DNA of 64,000 nt, from assembly GCA_964291315.2 (NCBI GenBank), contig OZ219753.1:2144001-2208000 (forward strand), written 5' to 3'. This DNA is from Candidatus Poribacteria bacterium (GTDB taxonomy: Bacteria; Poribacteria; WGA-4E; WGA-3G). Shown in pieces: positions 57,363 to 64,000 of this stretch. The translations under genes and the position numbers were made by a program. Under the pieces are notes generated by a model, which was given only the letters and a program-made list of their open reading frames with translations, ran no database searches and had not been told where the DNA came from. How positions within the stretch are numbered: position 1 is the stretch's first letter; each line of letters starts with the position of its first letter.

Positions 57363-59474
57363 ATGCCTTTCGAATATTTCTCTCCCACAAACGCTTTTGC
57401 TTCAGGAATTGTAACCTTCTTGCAATATTTCTTTGTGTTTTGGTTTGTAGGATTAGTAGGTTATGGGATCCGGTTGCTCCAAACAAGCAAACACATCGAA
57501 AAAAAGCAGAATATCCAGCGACTCGTCGATGCTCGACGAAAACGGAATGTTGGACGCGAAGATAACGACGTGGAAACCGATGCTGATACGGTGTTCCACG
57601 AATTTTTAAATGAACAATCTCTCAACAAAAGTTCTCCTATAACAAGACATCTCAAAGCGATTTTCTTAGCTGGCTGGGAGGAGAGTCGTCTTGAAGTCAG
57701 TGAATTAATTAATCACACCACTTCCGATCTGTTTAGGTGGAACAGTCTGTTTCGTTCTGTATTGGCGGTTTTCATCGTGATCGGATTGCTCGGCACGCTC
57801 TTTGGACTTACGGATAGTTTAACAGAACTATCTCCGGCTTTAAGAGAGAGTACCGCAGACACGGCCGCGACAGAAAACAGCCAAAGAATGACCCAGGCGT
57901 TAGGCGATCTCATGGATGACATCAAAGGGGCTTTTGCCCCAAGCATTTGGGGGATTATTTTTACGATCGTCGGCGTGCTTCTTTACGGATTTTACCTTCA
58001 AATCGCTTGCCATCCTGTTAAGACTACTCTGGAGCGGTTGACGTTGACCGTTTGGGTTCCGCAGCTCTACCCAACAACTTCCCAAAAACTTATCCAAACC
58101 CTGCAGCAGAGCGAGTCTCAGATGCAAAAGGGGTTTGAGACCGCAGCACAGTTCAGTGAATCTGTCAAAAAAGTCCATGGCAACATAGATGAATTCAATG
58201 CAAATCTCACGCAAGCTGCATCTATTACACAACCGCTCTCCAATTCGGTGACGCAAATTAACAAGGCGGCATTGGACATTAGTACTGCAGCGGATGTGCT
58301 GAATACAGGTTTTACGGAGAACCTTGACAAATTTTTAAGAGAATTTGCAGCTAGTGTTGCCCATCTCGCCGGTTTTCAAGATGAGATTCGGAACCTCCAC
58401 CAACAATTTCAAGACTCAGCGAACCAAAAATTAGACCAGCAAACACAAAAATTGGAGGAACAGAATCAAAATCTTACTACAAACTTAGATGTCTTGAAAA
58501 ATTACAAGGAACTGTACGTTGATTCCTGTCAACAAATGGAGAAGACCCTTCAAGAGTTTCTTAATAACACTATCGAAGCAAACACCCATATAGAAGCTAC
58601 CAATCGTGAGTTCCTTGAAGGCATAAATGCGGCCAATCGCGAATGGCTTGCAGAAATACAAGTGCAGTTGAAGGCAGATCTTGCAATTATGGAACCAACC
58701 TTGAAAAAGGAGTTAGAAACGCTGACCGTGCAATTAACTACGGATCTCAAAGAGGTTCAAGGCACTCTCGACCAAAGGTTGGAAGCACTTACCAACCAAT
58801 TAAATTTTTTCCAATTACCTATTGAAAAAGCTGCCGATCATATTGAAAGGATTATCGAAAGTTTTGCTCGGATAATGGAGGGAATAGTTAGAGATCTACA
58901 ATCACAGTTCCAAAAGCAGAGCGAAGAAATAAAAGAACAAAATGAAAGTTATGGGGAGCAGCTTACGGGAGTCAAACATCTCAATGAAAGTGTTGTAGGC
59001 TTGTTGAAACAATTAGACGAAAGCAGTAAAAATCAGAAAGGTGCAGTTAATACACTAAACGGTCATGTGGGCGGACTAACCACAGACATTAAAACCCTCC
59101 ATGTTGCAATCAACGCCTTTACATCTGATTCAGGAGAACTCAGTCAATCGATCGGGGCGATTAAAGGGGATATCGAAAAGTTAGGCACGGCTTCACAGCA
59201 ATTCGTGGAAAAGGTGGAAAAAGCCGATGTTACCCCGTTGACAGCTAATATTGGAAAACTCAATGCCGCTATCAACGAGATTTCTGGACATTCACAAGTT
59301 TTAGCAAACGCTGTTAATGGATTGGCGAAACAAATAAATTCACCGGACAGGGATTCTTCTAACCTAACGCAACAAAAGATTCCCTTCCTAGAAAGAATAC
59401 GAATTCTATTTCGCGGAAGATCGACTTCAACACAACCCCGTGCTAAACCCGAATCGAAGAAACAACGTAAGTAA
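57363..59474 (+). CDS. ZorA-like protein: MotA/TolQ/ExbB ion-channel domain plus ~480-aa helical tail
   Basis: TM1 near the N-terminus, TM2 FIVIGLLGTLFGL, TM3 AFAPSIWGIIFTI, then long heptad-rich sequence to the C-terminus. Confidence 0.85.
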   Translation: MPFEYFSPTNAFASGIVTFLQYFFVFWFVGLVGYGIRLLQTSKHIEKKQNIQRLVDARRKRNVGREDNDVETDADTVFHEFLNEQSLNKSSPITRHLKAIFLAGWEESRLEVSELINHTTSDLFRWNSLFRSVLAVFIVIGLLGTLFGLTDSLTELSPALRESTADTAATENSQRMTQALGDLMDDIKGAFAPSIWGIIFTIVGVLLYGFYLQIACHPVKTTLERLTLTVWVPQLYPTTSQKLIQTLQQSESQMQKGFETAAQFSESVKKVHGNIDEFNANLTQAASITQPLSNSVTQINKAALDISTAADVLNTGFTENLDKFLREFAASVAHLAGFQDEIRNLHQQFQDSANQKLDQQTQKLEEQNQNLTTNLDVLKNYKELYVDSCQQMEKTLQEFLNNTIEANTHIEATNREFLEGINAANREWLAEIQVQLKADLAIMEPTLKKELETLTVQLTTDLKEVQGTLDQRLEALTNQLNFFQLPIEKAADHIERIIESFARIMEGIVRDLQSQFQKQSEEIKEQNESYGEQLTGVKHLNESVVGLLKQLDESSKNQKGAVNTLNGHVGGLTTDIKTLHVAINAFTSDSGELSQSIGAIKGDIEKLGTASQQFVEKVEKADVTPLTANIGKLNAAINEISGHSQVLANAVNGLAKQINSPDRDSSNLTQQKIPFLERIRILFRGRSTSTQPRAKPESKKQRK

Positions 59475-59508
59475 ATCGATTAAAAGCAATTTCATAAGTC
59501 CTTAAAAT

Positions 59509-59662
59509 AACGCGAGTTTGATAATTATTTGGCTCATCTTTGGATAAAGCGGATCCTTGGAGAGCCTGACAGGTTGTGTGAGAAGCGACGAAGAGGCACA
59601 AGAAATCCAACAGACTATGCTACAAGAACTGAAGACGCACAGGCTGACAGCCTATGCTACAA
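59509..59662 (+). repeat. Second copy of ~155-bp repeat with REP-like units, between the zorA-like and zorB-like genes
   Basis: Matches 49011-49166; contains gcacaggctgacagcctatgctac, the reverse complement of a GTAG-start palindrome. Confidence 0.8.
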
Positions 59663-59745
59663 GGGCATGGCACAGACTGAGAGGTTATACTATAAAGGTA
59701 CTCCTCTAATTTTTTTTCAACTTACGTTAAAATAGAAGGATATCC

Positions 59746-60480
59746 ATGGAAGAAAATACATTAGATTTTAATTTTTGGCCCTCCTTTTCGGACCTAATGC
59801 TGACGCTTGTGCTGATATTGATTATCGTTGTTTTTGCTGTTATCGTGGCTTTTTCTGTTAAACCGGTCGATCCTTCCTCCGAAGGGACGGTCGATCTGAC
59901 AGAAGTTGAACAGAGGCAAATCGGAATGATCCATGCAATCGCTGAACAGTACAATGTTGATCCTGAAGAAGTAGGCGACGGTTCCTTTGTGATTCGAATT
60001 TACCTCGAAGATGGCGGTTACACCGAAATTCTCATTCAAAATGAACCTACACTTCAACGTTATAGCTTTAGCGACCGCATTCTGTTTGAGCCCGATGAAC
60101 ACTATCTTAACGAAGATGGAAAAGAGACACTTCTCACCGTTGGTCTTCAAATAAAAAGAAATCTGAACGACATCCGTGAGATACAGATTCAAGGTCATGC
60201 GGATCCTGATCCGCCTGCCTTTGTGCCCTCTAACTTACATCTGGCAGCATTACGGGCAATTGAGGTATACACATTTCTACAGGAACAAGTCCGCATAGAT
60301 CCCGCGCGGCATCTGATGTCAGCAACCTCTTTTGGTGAATATAAACCTGTTCGCCGCTCAGATCAGGATAGAACCTATACGCCCGAAAAACTTGAAAGGG
60401 ATAACCGCACTAGGACGTTGAAAGCCCAGAATCGTCGGATAGAAATTTTGCTGTTTTATCCGCCCGAGCAAACAGACTAA
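59746..60480 (+). CDS. ZorB/MotB-like protein with OmpA-type peptidoglycan-binding domain
   Basis: FWPSFSDLMLTLVLILIIV (conserved channel Asp in TM), ILFEPDE, IQIQGHAD, NLHLAALRAIEV, SFGEYKPV, NRRIEI. Confidence 0.9.
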   Translation: MEENTLDFNFWPSFSDLMLTLVLILIIVVFAVIVAFSVKPVDPSSEGTVDLTEVEQRQIGMIHAIAEQYNVDPEEVGDGSFVIRIYLEDGGYTEILIQNEPTLQRYSFSDRILFEPDEHYLNEDGKETLLTVGLQIKRNLNDIREIQIQGHADPDPPAFVPSNLHLAALRAIEVYTFLQEQVRIDPARHLMSATSFGEYKPVRRSDQDRTYTPEKLERDNRTRTLKAQNRRIEILLFYPPEQTD

Positions 60481-61442
60481 TGGATGGAGAGTTGATTATG
60501 TATCGTATTAGATTGCTTGTTGCCTTGTTCTTGGTCAATTTCGTTATCACTGCCAACAGCACCGCAAGCGATGCTCTTAGCGGCGTTCGGATCGTAGAGG
60601 GGATTGTCCAGCAGCGCCCTCCGAACACGCGACGCACCCTCGGGAAACGATATGTCTGGAATTTCAAGGGAAAATCTTATACCGCACTAATGACAATAGA
60701 TATAGAAAAGTATAATAGCTACGATGGAAAAGAACGTTACGACATTCCGCGCTTGGTAGAAGAGGGGAGAAAGACCATCGGAAATCTCACTCGTGAATTT
60801 CGAAACATGTTCAAACGGCATCGCGCGTGGTCGAAGCGCGATCATATCGACTTTGTTCTCAGCTTCGTCCAATCCCTGCCTTATACCCACGATAACGTGA
60901 CCACAGGTTACGATGAGTTTCGGCGCTATGCGGTTGAAACTTTGATTGAGGGTGGTGGAGATTGTGAAGACACCACTATCTTGGTTGCGGCGATCCTACG
61001 AGGTTTAGGTGAGAAGACGGTACTCATTTTCATGCCAGGGCACATCGCCCTCGGAGTGAGTGGTAATTTCGCGGGTGCCTCTGTTACCTATGATGGTACG
61101 AAGTACTATTACTGTGAAACAACTGGCACCGGCTGGACAGTAGGCGACCTGCCACCATCCTTTCAGACAACTGTGACTAACATTTTCCCGTTAGCTCCCT
61201 CGAAAATAGGAAGCACACCGAGGCCGGGCCGCGTGACAACTCCAGAACCCACGTCTCCGTCGCAACCTTCCTCAATAGAAACTACGATGCCTGAAGCCTC
61301 TTCATCTGAAGTCGAATCCGAAGGCACACAATCAAACGGCAGACTCGTCACCGCGATCGTTATGTTCTTTATCCTCATCGGTTTGGGAATTTCTACTGTA
61401 TATTTCCTGCGCCGCTCTATTAAAGAACAACGTGAATATTAA
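60480..61442 (+). CDS. Secreted transglutaminase-like cysteine protease with C-terminal membrane anchor
   Basis: Signal peptide, FVQSLPY, ETLIEGGGDCEDTTIL (catalytic Cys), GHIALGV (His), YYYCETT, Pro/Ser/Thr linker, C-terminal TM. The start may be ATG 60498. Confidence 0.82.
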   Translation: MDGELIMYRIRLLVALFLVNFVITANSTASDALSGVRIVEGIVQQRPPNTRRTLGKRYVWNFKGKSYTALMTIDIEKYNSYDGKERYDIPRLVEEGRKTIGNLTREFRNMFKRHRAWSKRDHIDFVLSFVQSLPYTHDNVTTGYDEFRRYAVETLIEGGGDCEDTTILVAAILRGLGEKTVLIFMPGHIALGVSGNFAGASVTYDGTKYYYCETTGTGWTVGDLPPSFQTTVTNIFPLAPSKIGSTPRPGRVTTPEPTSPSQPSSIETTMPEASSSEVESEGTQSNGRLVTAIVMFFILIGLGISTVYFLRRSIKEQREY

Positions 61443-61608
61443 CAAAACGCCAAACTTCGAAGCATGAAGCCTCGTTTGATTCTGAAGCCCTCGGACAACA
61501 TATCAGCATACTCCGAAATAATTAATGAAAATTCACACAATTTGCAACAAACCTAACAAAATAACGTTCTTTTCTATAGCTATGAAATGATCGGATCTAC
61601 ATACACAC

Positions 61609-62526
61609 ATGGATATTCAGCACTTAAAATATTACCTGCTCATTCTCTGCATCAACGTATTAGCGATAGGCACAAGCTGCACTACCCCCGACACCACGAA
61701 TCCCGTAGCACCCACAGAAGCTGCGGAGATTACCCTTGAAAATTATCATCTAACTGAAAACGAGACTTGGACACCTGAAAAAACATACATCGTCAAGGGC
61801 ACGTTGGAGATTCCACAAGAGGTAACGCTCAACATTCCACCCGGCACAACTGTCAAATTTGGACGAAACGCTCTGCTTACAGTGAGAGGCATTCTGAAAG
61901 TAGGAACCCCGTTAGCACAGGAACAAGTAACCCAACTTGTCCATCTCACATCGGACAACGTCAAACCAACTTCCGGAGATTGGGAGGGCATCCTCTTTGA
62001 CCATACACACGATTTAGAGAGTTTTATCAGAGGCGCAGTCGTAGAATACGCCACGACCGCATTGGATATCAAAACGACTTCACCGAGTGTGTTGGAATGC
62101 ACCCTACGGTTAAATAAAACCGCCATCGCTTTAGACGGTAGCGACGCGAGTATCCAACACAACGATATCCTTGACAATAATACGGGTATTAGTACAATCG
62201 GGCGCCAAACGCGACCGCAAATCCAGAAAAATAACATCACCAAAAATGAGACCGGCATCTTTTGTGAAAATGTTCAGTCTATGATTCAGAACAACAACTT
62301 GAATGGCAATATTTTCGCTCTTCGGCTAAACGTAAAGTTCAACCTAATCGTAGTCAACAATTGGTGGGGGCACGCAGACGCTACGGAAATAGCAGACACT
62401 GTCATAGATGCCGCAGATCCAGAGCTGACAACCAAACAGGTCGGAACTGTTTATTATGAACCTTTCACAGATGAGCGAATTGTGGACGCGGGTTTTCCGT
62501 ATCTGACACTCCTGACCGGCTTATAA
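61609..62526 (+). CDS. Lipoprotein with right-handed parallel beta-helix (pectin lyase/NosD-like) repeats
   Basis: Lipobox-like IGTSC, TLNIPPGTTVKF, GDWEGI, repeated I..N.I..N..GI, NNWWG. Confidence 0.82.
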   Translation: MDIQHLKYYLLILCINVLAIGTSCTTPDTTNPVAPTEAAEITLENYHLTENETWTPEKTYIVKGTLEIPQEVTLNIPPGTTVKFGRNALLTVRGILKVGTPLAQEQVTQLVHLTSDNVKPTSGDWEGILFDHTHDLESFIRGAVVEYATTALDIKTTSPSVLECTLRLNKTAIALDGSDASIQHNDILDNNTGISTIGRQTRPQIQKNNITKNETGIFCENVQSMIQNNNLNGNIFALRLNVKFNLIVVNNWWGHADATEIADTVIDAADPELTTKQVGTVYYEPFTDERIVDAGFPYLTLLTGL

Positions 62527-62661
62527 AACAGTGTTTTGTCACGTCGCAGTTGAAGTGTAAAATCGCATAACTTAATTTTAACAAGCAGTGGAGCTGACAG
62601 CCCGTAATGCCTTTATGCCGTTGATTAACCGAGAATTGATACCTAAAAGGAGGCACTCCCG

Positions 62662-63867
62662 ATGAAAGGGGCTATTTTGAACATTTCACAAAATTATCAC
62701 GTTCGTGGTGGTTCAGACCGGTACTTTTTCACCCTTGCTGACTTGTTGCAAAAACATGGACACCGGGTAGTGCCGTTCACAGCGGCGAATCCGAACAATG
62801 AGTCATCTGAGTGGGAGCGTTATTTTCCGCGCGGTGCGGATTTCGAACATCCGGGTGCGGGGGATCTTCTGCGATTCTTATATTCACACGATGCCGTTAA
62901 ATCGGTACGACGGTTGTTGAACGACACAGAGATAGCCCTTGCCCATTTCCACATTTATTACGGCAAACTCACTGCCTCAATCTTGGAAGTCCTCAAGAGA
63001 GCGGGTATCCCGCTCATCCAGACATTACATGAGTACAAGTTAACGTGTCCTGTTTACAGCCATCTTTCAAACGATGCTATCTGTGAAGCGTGTGAAGGCA
63101 AACATTTTTGGCGCGCGCTTCCGAGACGTTGCAACCGGGGTTCCCTTGCTCGGACGGCGTTGAGCGTCGCTGAATCCTACGTATCTAAAATGCTGGGTGC
63201 GGTTAAGAAATTTGACCACTTCATTTCGGTCTCTCATTTCCTTCGGAAAAAGGCGATCTCACACGGTATCCCTGCAGATAAAATTTCGACGGTTCACAAT
63301 TTCGTTGATGTCTCAGATATCACCCCTAACTTCTCAAGGGGCGATTATGTCCTCTATTTCGGCCGGGTGCATCGGAGCAAAGGGGTTCTAACGCTAATAG
63401 AGGCGGCTGTTCCGCTGACGGACGTTCCGATCTATATCGTTGGCGACGGTGAAGCCCTCCCGGAAGTGCGACGGCTCGTTGAGCAAAACGGATGCAACCA
63501 TATCCGCCTTCTCGGCTTCAAACAGGGCGATGAACTCCGCGAGTTGATCGCCAACAGTATCTGCACAGTCCTACCCTCAGAGTGGTATGAAAACTGTCCT
63601 ATGTCAGTGTTAGAATCTTATGCCCACGGCAAGCCAGTCATCGGTGCTGATATTGGTGGGATCCCGGAACTCATCGTAGATGGCGTTGATGGCTACCTCG
63701 TTCCGTCCGGCGTAAAAGAGACACTCCAAGAACGTCTCCTCTGGATGTTCGAGCATAAAGGTGGTGCAGCAGAAATGGGACGCGCCGGACGCTACAAAAT
63801 GGAAACGGAGTTTAACGCTGACATTCACTATCAAAGAATTATGAATGTCTACCAACAATTTCTGTAG
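62662..63867 (+). CDS. Glycosyltransferase family 4 (GT-B)
   Basis: RGGSDRY, TLHEYKL.CP, YFGRV...KGV, PSEWYENCPMSVLES, GGIPELIVDG. Confidence 0.95.
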   Translation: MKGAILNISQNYHVRGGSDRYFFTLADLLQKHGHRVVPFTAANPNNESSEWERYFPRGADFEHPGAGDLLRFLYSHDAVKSVRRLLNDTEIALAHFHIYYGKLTASILEVLKRAGIPLIQTLHEYKLTCPVYSHLSNDAICEACEGKHFWRALPRRCNRGSLARTALSVAESYVSKMLGAVKKFDHFISVSHFLRKKAISHGIPADKISTVHNFVDVSDITPNFSRGDYVLYFGRVHRSKGVLTLIEAAVPLTDVPIYIVGDGEALPEVRRLVEQNGCNHIRLLGFKQGDELRELIANSICTVLPSEWYENCPMSVLESYAHGKPVIGADIGGIPELIVDGVDGYLVPSGVKETLQERLLWMFEHKGGAAEMGRAGRYKMETEFNADIHYQRIMNVYQQFL

Positions 63868-63886
63868 GAAAACTGACAGCCATATT

Positions 63887-64000
63887 ATGAAAAAGAAAGC
63901 ATTGGTTACAGGCGGCGCAGGCTTTATGGGCGCACACGTCGTCAACGAACTTCTTCGCCAAGAAGATACAGATGTCGTCGTCCTTGACGATCTGAGCGGT
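63887..64000 (+). CDS. NAD-dependent epimerase/dehydratase, N-terminus only (runs off the window)
   Basis: MKKKALVTGGAGFMGAHVVNELL...VVVLDDLSG. Confidence 0.88.
   Translation, partial: MKKKALVTGGAGFMGAHVVNELLRQEDTDVVVLDDLSG

Noticed and set aside
59529-59735. 68-aa ORF between zorA-like and zorB-like as a system component
   Set aside because: It is a read-through of the REP-containing repeat; the other copy has stops and there is no RBS.
57363-60480. Flagellar motAB, exbBD/tolQR, or a methyl-accepting chemotaxis protein
   Set aside because: Long tail on the A subunit, OmpA domain on the B subunit, no flagellar/TonB context and no MCP hairpin signature.
47500-61500. Prophage or integrative element boundaries around the AT-richer locus
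   Set aside because: No integrase, transposase, tRNA target or clear att pair visible.

Overview
Bacterial chromosomal window, most consistent with Candidatus Poribacteria. This is an inference from clustered LamG/CBM9 secreted proteins sharing a C-terminal LAV-x-P-x-GKL-x-x-TWG-x-LK tail, non-catalytic FGE/SUMF1 proteins, DUF6785-type membrane proteins and a PhyH dioxygenase. The left part has housekeeping genes (iorA partial, recN, nadK, recG), catabolic enzymes, a type IIG-like restriction-modification gene split by a G8 tract, and a ~410-bp inverted repeat between an intact and a deleted FGE-domain gene. The middle has transporters, an ECF sigma factor bracketed by a ~254-bp direct repeat, and the LamG cluster. 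The most notable locus is an AT-richer, co-oriented gene run at 49.3-61.4 kb: vWA-like lipoprotein, small membrane protein, tubulin/FtsZ-like GTPase, 1093-aa actin/Hsp70-fold ATPase, membrane-anchored protein, a ZorA-like (MotA channel plus long coiled-coil tail) and ZorB-like (MotB/OmpA) pair, and a transglutaminase-like protease. That is a Zorya-type ion motor without ZorC/D/E, linked instead to cytoskeletal-fold NTPases. Also seen: a covarying small pseudoknot motif on each side of an orphan lipoprotein gene, a candidate structured leader RNA, GTAG-type REP palindromes and several internally deleted gene remnants. No rRNA, tRNA, CRISPR array, transposase or integrase was recognised. All family calls come from motif reading, not database searches.
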